The translations under genes and the position numbers were made by a program. Source: Chrysomallon squamiferum (Eukaryota; Animalia; Mollusca). From it: a DNA stretch of 64,000 nt. Positions 39,822 through 52,610 of this stretch are shown one piece after another; positions within the stretch are counted from its first letter, which is position 1, and each line of letters opens with the position of its first letter. Under the pieces are notes generated by a model that was given only the letters and a program-made list of their open reading frames with translations, did no database searches and was not told the origin of the DNA. The stretch lies in contig CM022665.1 of NCBI GenBank assembly GCA_012295275.1, positions 21,018,001 through 21,082,000 of the forward strand, given 5' to 3'.

Positions 39822-40676
39822 ACAAATACGGTTACGATTAGCTATAACATAGGCCTATATAAAAATTATTATTATTATTACTACTACCATTACTAAATTT
39901 ATTAATATTACTATTATTGTTGTTGTTGTATTTCCTTATTTAGTACAGTTAAACTATCTGATATACAAGATCTGTGGTTCATTAGTTAAGGGTCTTAATT
40001 GAGATGTTATAGATAGATTTTGGCAGTACCCTGAGGGATATTTTCCATACTACTGACTCATGACTGTTTAAACTATGTTTACCCTGACTGTTAGAAAGAA
40101 TTTATTAAACTCTACATGCAGTTAACTCATAATGTTTGTATGTGTGTATAATACATGTAAACTCCCTCATGAAATTTAACAGCCTCAGTCTGATACCCAA
40201 TATCTGTCATTAAACATTCATCATTCATTCATTCGGTATTTAACCACTTAATATAACCATTCTTAGTCAAATGTTTTACTGTTATTGAAGGTATTCATTT
40301 ATTTATTATTATTACCATGCTAAATTAGTATTACAGCAGATAATTGGTTCCTTATGGGAATTTCTGAATGGTGACAATGAAGTTGGTTAATTTGCAGTTT
40401 CTCCTGTCTTTCTATTCTCTATGCAAATTCAAATTCTTTGGTCTTATGGATTTGCTGGAAAAGAAATGTGGGCACTGGACAAATGGAGGTGGGGTACTGG
40501 GAATAAAGAGACAATGAGATAAGAAGTGATATTTATACATATGTGTTAAATAATGTTTTTGCATAGTTTGACAATAATACTAATAGAGGCTAATGATGAT
40601 AATTATTACTGGTTTAGCCATCTTAAAATATTTTGGCTATTAGCTACATTCTATATGTAAATCAGTAAATCTTTCT
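39570..40676 (+). repeat. Local direct duplication of 161 bp (39570..39730 and 40516..40676)
   Basis: The two copies align end to end with about 5 substitutions. Confidence 0.95.
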
Positions 40677-41384
40677 ACAAAGTTTTAAAACCTCTGGTGC
40701 TTTTAAACTGTTTACTATATCAGGATTGTGAGACAGACATTGTGTTTTTGATTGCTTATTGCATGTGGTTTGAGAGTTTGTTTACACAGTGGATTTTGTG
40801 TTTTTGAGACTGATAGTTAAACATTGTGTTTTTTTGAATGGGTGTGGTTATGTTTAAAACTGACCATCTTACAGACTTGTCTTAATGACAATACCCAGAG
40901 AACAAAGTCAGTACTTGGTAGATAATGTAGAGTAAATATATACCTTTCTAGTCTCATTTTGCTCTCTGACATTTCTGTTGTAGATACAGTGAAAGGTCAC
41001 ATTCTCTGTGTTACAAAGGTCAAATGTACACCTGTATCATCAACAGGGAAAAAACAACACTAACCTTAGATTATAATTTTTTATGTTATTTGTTTATTTT
41101 TACTTTGTTTGTTTATTTATTATTAAGTATGAAATATCTGTGATGAAACTGACTGTTTAAATTAAATTGTTTTTAACACATACATGTATGGTGGTATTTG
41201 TAAATTTACCGTATTAAAAAGAATTAGAAAAATAAAAAAATAAATATTAATAATAAAAAGATATATACTAAGTTTTGTAAATGTTAATTACTACTGTTAC
41301 TTTATAAACTATTTTTATGGTTAACATACTAAAACTATTGCTGATTTATTTATTTTAAATTTACCTCGTACAAGTGAAATGAAA

Positions 41385-42001
41385 AATAAATAAATAAATA
41401 AAGCAAATTTCACTGTAAATGATAATATATTACTTTTTTTTTCATAATCATAATGTGAAATACTTTCATGGCTAATATACAAATGTATATCACTTACATT
41501 TATTTGTAAATTTGCCATGTTCAAATGAAATAAAAAAACAAAAAAAAAACTGTAAATGAAAACATGCAACTGTTATTTCATAATCAAATATTTTCATGGT
41601 TAATAATATACAAAAGTGTATCACTCCACTGTCCAAATTTAGGTAAATTTATCACAATGAACATAAATAGAAAAAAAACTAAAAAAAAAACCCTATAAAT
41701 GATCAAAATTCTGCTATTATTTCATAATCATTGCATGAAATATTTTCATTGCTATTATACAAAAGTATATCACTCTATTATTTATTTGTAAATCTGTCAC
41801 ATTCAAATAGTATACTACTGTCATTTCATAATCAAATATTTTTCATGGTTAATAATAAACAAAAGTGTATCACACTGTTATTTAAATTTATGTAAATTTA
41901 CCAGATTCAAATGAAATTATAAAAATAAAAAAAATAAAAATTCTGCTGTTATTTCATAAGCAAATATTTTCATGGTTAATAAGAAACAAAATTGTATCAC
42001 T
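41385..42001. repeat. Degenerate minisatellite, ~110-140 bp unit, about 5 copies
   Basis: Recurring ttatttcataatc..aaatattttcatggttaata..caaaagtgtatcac. Confidence 0.85.
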
Positions 42002-42712
42002 GAAGGGATTGGTAGAAATTTGCCTCCAGCTGTTTATTAACACAGTGTGTTAAAATAACTAACATTTATTATTTCATTTTTATTACTCATAATCACTGCT
42101 GATGTATCCAGTATGTTTCTACTTTTTACATAAAATTACACTGACAGTTCAAATTAACTGCAGCTATGAGAAAAGTAAATGTAAATAACGTATGTGGTAT
42201 TTCAAATATCTATTTTTGTATTTATAGTAATTATGTATGTGTGTGTGAGTGTGCATGCATGCATGCATATGTATATCTGTATATGAATAATAAACAAATA
42301 TCTATCCGTGTAATAATTATGCAAATGTCTATACATATTAAATGGATAATAATTACTGACAAATATAAACAAGAAGAAATCTTGAGCTATGATAGTTACC
42401 ATGTAGTCATTAATTACAAACAGCACAGTTCATATTACTGTGAGTGTGTTATGCAGGAATTTCAGTTTTCCTATGACAAACAAAATTAATGTTGACAGAC
42501 ATTTTACTTTGTTGACCCTCATGTATGTATTTGATATTCCATATGTATTTATATATACTCTTTGATTCACAGTTGTGAATAGCTTTTATTAAATACATGG
42601 GTAATATATATGTATGTATGTATGTGCACAGGAACACATGTATGTATATACTTACATATTTACATACATGAACATTTAAACGCATGCATACTTACACATA
42701 ACACAGAAGCAT

Positions 42713-42751
<39 letters not shown>

Positions 42752-44534
42752 AACACACATAGAGATGCATCTATATTCATATTTTAAAATTATTGTGATA
42801 GTTCTAGATAATAGCCCAATAAAATGTCATGCATGTTTGTAAAGTACCCAGTAAAAACAAAAATAAAGATATCACATGTGTTTGAATTAGAATGATAATT
42901 ATAGTTACTTTGATGCCTAATATTGTTTTACATATCTCTGGATTCCTAGGATCTAACAAACAATTACTTATTGCTACAATATATATATATATTTTTAACA
43001 TTTTTTTTTTTTAATATAATCTAGTTGCAATACAACATGAAATCACATGCAAAAATATTCTGCTATGCACTTTACCCTTTCAGATCAAAAACAAAAACAC
43101 TAGTTTGGATATCAGCATTTATTATTCTTGAATTTCTGACATTCACATACTTGCTCTGTTGTGACAAGTGCTAAATTGTTTAAATAATCATCTGCTGCTA
43201 AAACAGTAACAACACACAAGTAGAAAATATACATACAATATCAGTAATTTGTGACCTGCCCAGTTGTTTTTGCATATAATCAGAACATTCAGATAATTAT
43301 ATTCAAAAGTCTAGGTAAGTACTTTAATTTGTGCATGTTTGAATTGAGGAATTGGCTTTACGGTTTTTATTCCTCTCAGAACTGGTCTGTATGAAAGGTC
43401 ACATGATTTGTATGTGTGTGTTTATTCCTGTTTATATGTCAATGTTTGTGTTTGTGTTTGACAATATGTATTTGTGTGTGTGTGTGTGTGTGTGTGTGAG
43501 AACTCATGTGCGATTTTGTGTGTATGTATGCATGGATGATTATTCCTTTATTAGGACAGATAGATTCAGCAGATTTCTTGCTATTAAGTAGTAAAAGTTG
43601 AGTGAGTCAGCATATTTCTTACCACAAAAAGACAAAGGAAGAACACCATTACATTTTAAATATTTAAGATTTTTTCACATATTTTGTTATTTTCTTTTTC
43701 TTTCTTTTAATTTAGAGTAATAAAAAAAAATGTATCTTCCTGCATTGGTATTTTGATGAGTGGTCAAAATAACTGACTCAGTAAAGTCAGCCTTACACTG
43801 ATTATTTTACCTATATTGTTACAGTATTTAAATGTAGTTTATCTGTACAGAAGATAGAAATTTAATACTTTTAGATAAATTTTTTCATGCTGCAGTGGTG
43901 ATGGTAGTGTGTATCCTGTTTCTAACCATCTGAAGGGGTCAGCAGACAATTTTGGGTCCTGTGAATTATATTTATCCTGAATGTGTCTACATTTGAAATG
44001 ATTTATCTTTAAAATAAATAAATAAATAAATAATACTACTAATAAATAATAAAAGCAATATTCCAAGAAGTCTGGGAAATAATTTCAAAGCTGACTTCAG
44101 CATGCTGCTAGGTTTATTTTACTGTTGTCATTATCCCCACATTTTGATTCCATGGCACAGAACTCTTAATTATGGAATGCAGTTTAAGAGTGTTGTGTGT
44201 ATGTGTTAACATGTTTGTATGTATCAGCAGTCCACCAGAAAGCCATGTAAAAAAATAAAGCATTTTGAAACCAGCATGACTTTGAATCTAATAGGTGTTA
44301 TTTTTTTTTAGATTTAATATGTAAGGTTGATTTGAGTTGTTTTAATGTATCAGTGGCAGAGGTAAAAAAAAAAAAAAAAAAAAAAAAATTCTGTTACGAA
44401 AACAAGGCTGTGTTGCATTCTTTCATTTTTTTTTTCATCCCTTCTTTCCCCTCCTTTTCTTTCTTTTTATGTTGCATCCACATAATCTTACTTAGTCACA
44501 TCTTGTAACAATACTCAAGATTTTCTGTTATGTC

Positions 44535-45235
44535 TTACAACCATACTTTATGTTGCTGCTTGAAATTAAACCATACTGTGTGTTACTACATAGTGTTACT
44601 ACCATAATGAATATTACTGCTTAGGTTTACAACCATACTATACTATTTTAGTCATATAACCAAGTATTTTTAATTTAGCCTTACAAACATAGTGTTCTTT
44701 AATTTAGCCTTATAAACATACTGAATATTACTATTTGTATTACAACTATACTGTGCTTTTACCTCTATCCTGAGGGTGTCAAGTTAGCCATACAGCCATA
44801 CAGAATATAAATACACAGCCATACAGAATATAAATATAAAGCCATACAGCCATACAGAATATAAATACTTAGCCATACAGAATATAAATACATAGCCATA
44901 CAAAATATAAATACATAGCCATACAGAATATAAATATAAAGCCATACAGAATATAAATACTTAGCCATACAGCCATACAGAATATAAATACTTAGCCATA
45001 CAGCCATACAGAATATAAATACGTAGCCATATAGCCACACTGAATATGACTGCTTAGCCATACACCTATATAGAATATAAGTGCTTAGCCATACATCCAT
45101 ACTGAATTTACATACTTGGCCATAAAGAATATACATACTTAGACATACATTCATACTGAATATAATTAATTAGCCATACAGCCATACTGAATATAAATAC
45201 TTAGCCATACTGAATACAGCTACTTAGACATACAC
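44535..45235. repeat. Minisatellite with ~21-31 bp unit (agccatacagaatataaatac)
   Basis: Many near-identical copies at 44785-45230 and degraded copies upstream; explains ORF 44765..45154. Confidence 0.92.
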
Positions 45236-46257
45236 CTGTGTGCTGCTACTTGAGAGAGAGATTTTAGGAAATAGCTCGAGAAGAGGCTACAATAGAACTA
45301 AGACGCTGACATGAATGACAAGTGACGGCTAATCCCACATTTTTCTTGCCTGACTATTAGTGAAAAGGTCAGGTGAATAAAAACACGAAGTAGATATGTA
45401 CCTGGGAAATAGGGAGGTTGTTTCAGTAGAAATCTTGAGAAATTTTTCTTAAAAATGTAACAGAAATGAATATTTATCAGCTGAAATAGGGGAGCTTGTT
45501 TCAATAGAAATCTTATTGGTTGCAACTGGTTTCTCAAAAGTGAATAATCAACAGCTGAGAGGAGTATTATGTGGGTGGACTGGATACCAGTATATTAAAT
45601 ATTAACCTTTTTTTTGTGGCTTTCTCCTTTATGTTCTAGTAGAGAAATCACTCAGGTGTGACAGGCTTTATCAGATGTAATTCTAGCCAGTCAGGTGATA
45701 TGAAAATAGGTTACAATTTCCTGTTAGACACAGGATACATTAAGTTTAGATGTAACTTCTCTGTACTAGATAATTAAATATATATAATCAGGAGAAAAAA
45801 AATCCCAAATATTTAATACCCCACATGTGTGAGTGTGAGCATATTCATGTGCGTACATGTGTTTTTGTTTTTTCTTCTTTGTTTGTTATTTTGATTTATT
45901 AATTTTTATGAGATAAAAACTCTAACAGGAGTTTTAAAATCATGTGATTTGTTTTCTAAATGTTTGTAATATACTGGATACATTTATAGCAGTAATAAAA
46001 AATTTGTATGTAAATAAAGAGTGTTATGAATTACTTGTATAAATCGTACACACAGATATATACACATATAGACAGACATTCAGGACAGTCAGAGCAGCAT
46101 GTAGCTTATGTATTCAACACACGTACAAACAAATGTACATACATTTATGGATATTATTTTTAAAGATTATTTTCATAGAATCTATTTGTGAAAACATTTC
46201 AAAGTCTTCAGGTTGTTTTAACTTTTTTAATTTAAATTTTATTTATGTATTTAAGTT

Positions 46258-46296
<39 letters not shown>

Positions 46297-46463
46297 TTTT
46301 ACTTGCTTACTTGATTATTTACTCATTTACATGGTTATTTATTTATTTACTTGCTTACTTAACTACTTACCTATGTTATTGCTTTCTTATTTATTTATTT
46401 ATTTATTTACTTGCTTATTTACCTACCTACTTTGTTATTTACATATTTATTTATTTATTTCAG

Positions 46464-46656
46464 AATAACCAGTTCCATGGAGTGGTCAGATTTTTCTTTC
46501 AAGGAGGGGGAGCCAATGTTGTAACTAAATGCATTCGTGTTGCAAGCAATGCAACTACTGCCGAGGTCATCGATGTCCTCATAGAGAAGTTTCGACCAGA
46601 TATGCGTATGTTGACACAGAGCAAATATGCTCTGTATGAAGTACATGTTAATGGAG
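46464..46656 (+). CDS. AFDN: Afadin exon 2 (Ras-association domain 1)
   Basis: NNQFHGVVRFFFQGGGANVVTKCIRVASNATTAEVIDVLIEKFRPDMRMLTQSKYALYEVHVNG closely matches the afadin RA1 sequence; cag acceptor, gtgagt donor. Confidence 0.97.
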
Positions 46657-47494
46657 GTGAGTAGTCTAAACGGTAAAACTATTTACCATTTTTTTTTTTT
46701 TTAGTTTGTTTGACTTGAAGTTCTGGTTTATTGTCCAGGACAAAACTTGCAGAAGAGTATGCATATACTGAGTAGTAGGTCCCTGGTTCAGACCTTGGTG
46801 TGGCCAGTTTGTAATTATGATCATCATAGCATCCCTGTTCAACAGATACCCCACAGTAATGTGTGGCAAGTTTCTAATTATAGCCATTATAGCATCCCTC
46901 ATCCACAAACACCCCAAGAAAATGTGTGGCCAGTTTGTAATTATAACCATTGTATCACCGTTCATCAACAAATACCCCAAGAAAATAACACTACATGATT
47001 CAGGCATGTAATAAATAATTTTTAAAAATATGATCCAGAGTTCTAAATAGTTATATATAATTTATGTTAGTGCAGAAAAAAAGAGTGATGAAATAAGATT
47101 TTTTAATTTAATAATCACCTTTGAAGCCATTGAAGTATTTTTTCTGCAGTATAAAATAAATTTCACTGTTTGAAAATTAACCAACAAAGCAATTGATGTA
47201 ATAAAGATACAGTACTAAAATTATCATTCCAGAATAAGAGTCCATTTTTGTCTTGGGGGCAATTTGTTTCTGAAGTTATCACCTGGACACAGTTGACTGG
47301 CTTGTAATGTTATCTGTCATGCTTGATTTATTTAAGCAGTTATCTGTGGCGAGTGTCTTGGGCAGTCATTGATTTATTGTCCATTATGTCTGAGTCCAAG
47401 ATAAAAATTAAGAAAAACGTATCACCAGATAATGATGTTTCTCTTTCCATTATCACCTGAGACAGACAGTGTTATCTTTTTAATAACTCACTGG

Positions 47495-47935
47495 TAATTA
47501 TAGGAACTTTGTCTAACAGCTCCTTTGTATTTATAGGAGCTTTGAAATTATAATGAAAGAACATTGTCTTTCTAGCTTCTTTATAATTATACATAGTTTT
47601 TTTGACTTTATGACAGCTTATTTGAAATTATAGGAGTTTTAACTTTTTAACATCTTGGTATTTATAGGAGCTTTGTCTTTCAGCTCCTTTGCAAGGATAT
47701 ATAGGAGACTTTTGTCTTTGACAGCTCCTTTGTAATTATACATAGCTTTTTGTCTTTCTGACAGCTCTTCGTCATTATAATTAGGAGCTTTGTCTTTCTT
47801 TCAGCTCCTTTAAAATTATACATAAAAGCCTTTTTATCTTTCTGACAGTTCCTTTGTAATTATACAGTCTTTATTATATCTTTATTACCAACTTTGTCTT
47901 TCTGGTGTTTCCTTAGTAATTACCATAGCTTATTT
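47495..47935. repeat. ~40-bp minisatellite with an internal inverted repeat (AGGAGCT...AGCTCCT)
   Basis: Units such as ataggagctttgtctttcagctcctttg at 47664-47691 and 47783-47811. Confidence 0.85.
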
Positions 47936-48374
47936 TCTTAAATATCGCCTAAAGAAAATGAGAGAAAAATAAAAACGAAATGAACAGGGCACCATTTTGT
48001 GTTTTAATCTTTTTGACCCCCTCCACACCACAATAGCTGATGTTTGATTTAAGTGAAATGGTAGCAGGGGGTAATGACTGGTCACACATAACTGAAACAT
48101 GTGTTGGTGCAGTCTCAGTAAGAATGTGTGTGTGTGTGTGTGTGTGGCAGAACAAAGTGATTTCCTGACAGGGTCCACTTCATCAGCTGTTTCTGTACAT
48201 GTGTTTGTCGTTTGTTTTGCCTGGTCTTTCACAATATCGCATCCGAAAACACTCATCAACAATCTTAACATCAAAACTATCTGTCATGAAAAGAAGTTAC
48301 ATATTTTTATTTTCTTCTTTGAATATAAACTTATCTTAGATTGTATCATCACATATCAAAAATAAACCTTCTAA

Positions 48375-48640
48375 GATACTCCACCATCCCCAGATCACAG
48401 TTAACACCTAGACATTTTCTGTTCAACCCAGATACAACTACACCCCTCCTGACATCAACTATTTCCCCCAGTCATTAACTGTTCCCCAAAGACATCTACT
48501 CTCCCCAGACATCAACTAACCCCAACATCAACAGCTCCCCTGACATCAACTACACCCCCTGACATCAACTACTCCTCTCAAAATCAGCTCAGCTCCCAAG
48601 ACATCATCTACTCTCCCCAGATATCTGCTGCCCCCACCAA
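48375..48640. repeat. C-rich minisatellite, ~20-22 bp unit (ccccagacatcaactact)
   Basis: About 10 degenerate copies. Confidence 0.85.
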
Positions 48641-49562
48641 GACTAATAGAGAACAGACCACCAAAGAAACACTGACAGAGAAAACAGAGGAAAATTATCT
48701 GCAGAAATTTTGGTCCATTAAATAAACAGATGTTACCAGCAAAAACCATAATTCATTTTACATGACAGAAAACGAATGAAGGTATTTGAAACAAGGCATG
48801 AAGCCTGAAGCCGTGCATTGTACCATCTTCATGGACATTATCAGATTATGAGTTAGCACTTGTTGACTTAGGCACTTTTATAACTTCACAATTTTCTAAA
48901 TTGAGATAGGAATGATTTAATCTCAACTGATGCATGACTAAATTGTGTAAGGAATTTCTGACATAACTGATCTAAATATTTCTGAGATGACTGATTTTAA
49001 GTATTCTGATACAACAAGTGTAAACTATTCAGATATGTCTGATGTCAGTTATTCTGATAGGAATGTAAATTATGTTGATACAACCTACATGAATTATTTT
49101 CATTATTTTGTGAGCCTGATTGGTTTAATAAAGTGTATATATATGTATCTATATCCTTAATTATTACCCTTTTATTTTTTTTAATTAAAGGTTGTGACCT
49201 AGATATGGTCAGTTAAGATAAATCGAATTCCTAATATTAATAATAAACACAAAACGATTTATATTTTAATACTGAAATATTCTTGATGCCTGTATTTTCA
49301 TAATAATGTTTTATGTAATAAAAATAGTATTTTACACATAGCAGATTTTAATAAAAATGTTTTGTTTTGTTCTCTTCTTTGTGTTTTTTTCTCTCTCCTG
49401 TATATTAATTTTGAAAACTGTTATTCAGTTGAAAATATAATTCAGTTATTTGTGGAGTTTTGAAAATCAGGCTAATCTTCTTAGTGTTGCATCATGTGGA
49501 AATATTAAAAAAAAAAGAAAAAACTATTAACTGGTTTTTAGATAGCTCTGTCTTAAAGGAAT

Positions 49563-49780
49563 CTTTATCAAAAGCTTGTTTAACATAAATTGACCAATAA
49601 ATGTAAATTAAATTTTGATCAAAAGCTTAACATAACTGGACCCATAAATTTAAATTAATTATATTTTTATCAAAAGCTTATTTAACTATAAACTGATATA
49701 CTGACCTATATATTTAAATTATTGAAATTTTGATCAAAAGCATGTTTAACTGTAAACTGATCAATGAACATAAATTAAGT
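49563..49780. repeat. ~50-60 bp minisatellite, 4 copies
   Basis: Recurring atcaaaagctt..ttaac..aaactga...aaatta. Confidence 0.85.
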
Positions 49781-50009
49781 ATAACAGGTTTATTAAATAT
49801 AATTATTTCTTTAACACTCTTTACATGATGGTTAGTTTATTGTGATGGTTTGAGGAAGAGTGAAGACAGATAACAAATCACCGCTGAAAGTTTTAAATTG
49901 GCTGACAAGTTTATCTAGGTAAAACACTGCATCTGCATACCAGAAATACTGTGTGTTGACACTGAGCACTTTGTGTGAGTTGCATCCAACCTAGGAAACT
50001 CACCTATCT

Positions 50010-50220
50010 GTGTAATACAGTCAGTTATCACATACGAGAGTGGTAAGATAATGCAGTGTGTATTGTTATGATATTTATCTGGTCCAGAGCCATACAGTCA
50101 GCATTACATTATCACATACTAGAGTGGTCATTTATATATAGTGTGTATTTTTATGATATTTCTTTGGTCTGGAGTAATCCAGTCAGTATTACATTATTGT
50201 ATATTAGAGTGGTCATTATT
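50010..50220. repeat. ~80-bp degenerate tandem repeat, 3 copies
   Basis: cagtcag..ttatcacata..agagtggt...gtgtgtatt recurs. Confidence 0.7.
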
Positions 50221-50993
50221 TGCCTCGCTTTATTTTAATGTTAGCTATTGGCCCAAAGTTGTATACAGTGTATCATACAGTGACATATTTCTGTAGTTTT
50301 ACAGTCCGCCCTTTTCAAACTGACAAAGAAAATAAAGGTTAACACCTGATATTGCACACCTTATTATTAACCTGTGGCCAACTCAGGTGTAACATCACAT
50401 ACTTGAGTAAAACACCTGACACCAGGAAGTGATAGTGACTTGTTTATATGTAGAACTTAGTACCACCTGTCACTAGCTTTACCACGTTCCAGTCTGAAAG
50501 ATGACGGTTCAAATCTAGCATGTTTTATTTCTCTAGCAAAGTTCATGACTAGAATAGTTCACATCCACTTGTTTTACTTCTTGTCATTTCTGACTTTTTC
50601 TGTCTCTGAGTGTATTTATTTATGGTTATATTTCTTTGAAAGTACCTTTTGGATTTTTTCTCTTGTACATGGCAGTACTCCACAATTTATTTCTAAAATG
50701 CTGTGGTATGTTATGTCCTGTCAGTAAAACGATATATATAATGGATCCATCACTATTACTAACTGCTACTTTTACTTACCTTTTTTAAAGAATTTAATAC
50801 TGTTCATGCTAGACTGAATGAATCAGACTAAACATATATATTATTATTATTATTATTATTATTATTTTTATCTTTATTTTTTATTTTTTTTATTTCTAAC
50901 ATTTATTATAAATATTGTAAATCCATAGTTTACAAGGAAAGAATCTCATAATCTGACTTCCCCTCACAGTGTGCCTGTAATTTATAAATGCCC

Positions 50994-51024
<31 letters not shown>

Positions 51025-52079
51025 ATTTTTTTAAATCTTGTTTTCAATGTTTTTGGTTTGTTACAGTATTAAAATTATCTGTAAACATAACAAGAAGTGA
51101 ATGAACTGTTCATTACAAATCACTAGACTTTATTGTTGTTTTTATTAAAAGTTACATGATACTGCCTGTTTGTTTAAACAGCATCTCCAGTCATCTTGAA
51201 TTTTATTTAATGATCTGGTGTAATTTTAACTTCCCATTAATGTTTATAACAGTATTTAGTTACGAGTTTACTTTTTTACTTGTACACTTTGAATTTAGGT
51301 CATGTATAGTCAGTATTTATTGACTGACACTCGTAGAGTCGATAATTAAAACTATAAGAGGCAGGTACCATGGTTTTTTCCCAGCATTGTCATGTGGACA
51401 CAATTTATTTATTAGCAACAAGGAACAGTATATATGCTCTATATATCATCAGCTGGAAAGCTCATTTGACATATTACATGTGTAGTACTGGCTGGACTGT
51501 TAGATAGTTGAAAAGGATATACCAGGTTATGATTTATCCAGAACCATCATATCTGAAGTTTATGATCATGTCACAGGCTACCCATTTCCTATCTCTGTAA
51601 TGTTAGAGATTTGTTATATTTATTCATCATCAGTAAAGGGCTAGACATGTGAAAGTTGTGTTGCCTCACCTATTAACACAGAACAATGGTAGATTCACCT
51701 GGTTACACAAAATAATTGTTAAAATAGGTGATGAAAGAGGTGTTGATATATTGTTCTGTTTTCTTTTCAACTGTGTGTGCGCATCTGTCTAAGTTAATGT
51801 GTTAACATCTTTTTCTTCTTAATGCCTGAAAAAAACAGTTTAGTTCAGGTTTCATTGGCATTTGTATTCTGTTTGTGTCACATAAACAAACATATATTTA
51901 CATTCAAATGTATGCATGCAGACAGACATCACACAAATACACACATTTTGAGAGAGAGAAATTAAAAAATCAATTTTTTACTATTATTTTTTTTTTCTTC
52001 TTCTAACATTTTCCTTTTTATTACCATTTCCCTTGGTTTTTATCTTTTCCTGTACTTATCGGTATCCACATGCAGTGTT

Positions 52080-52326
52080 AACTTGTATATTTAAAATGTA
52101 TTTTAATTGGAAATTATCATTTATTTTCTGTCAGTTAAATGTAAATATTTAATAAATTCCAATACAAACACATTGCATGAACTTGTATATCAAGCTCAGA
52201 TTTAAAACTTAATATATTAACCAATACATCATTTTTCATTAAGAAATTACCATTTATTTTGTTTCAGTAAAACTTACATAATTTAATAAATTCCAAAATA
52301 GATATACACACATACACACAGACATG

Positions 52327-52361
<35 letters not shown>

Positions 52362-52610
52362 TCATATCAAATCTAGATTTTAAAATTTGTTTATTTAAAA
52401 AACTTTTTCATTAGGTAATTATCATTTATTTTACGCTTACCTATAGTACAACTTACCTAATAATATATTCCAATACATACACATTACATATTAAATTCAG
52501 ATTTAAAAAACAAACATATCTATCTAAAACATAATATTCTTCTTTGGGAAATTACCATTCATATATTCTGTACGTTTATACCAAATCCAGATTTAAAACT
52601 TTATGTTTAT
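52080..52610. repeat. Degenerate ~130-bp tandem repeat, about 4 copies
   Basis: agatttaaaa...aaattaccatt...aataaattccaa recurs. Confidence 0.65.

Noticed and set aside
46133-46463. Hydrophobic membrane-protein-like ORFs upstream of afadin exon 2 (and similar ORFs elsewhere)
   Set aside because: Translations of (TTTA)n/(TTAC)n and other simple repeats in introns.
46740-47000. ORFs and a B-box-like GGTTCAGACC after afadin exon 2
   Set aside because: The ORFs derive from a ~60-bp triple repeat (gtgtggccagtttgtaattat); the pol III signal is too weak to call.
44535-48640. CRISPR-like appearance of the minisatellites, including the hairpin one
   Set aside because: Eukaryotic intron, no unique constant-length spacers, degenerate repeats and no cas genes.
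48640-48790. Possible alternative first exon of afadin ending at GAAG|gtattt (~48781)
   Set aside because: One nearby ATG hits a stop and the other is out of phase with exon 3; no further support.
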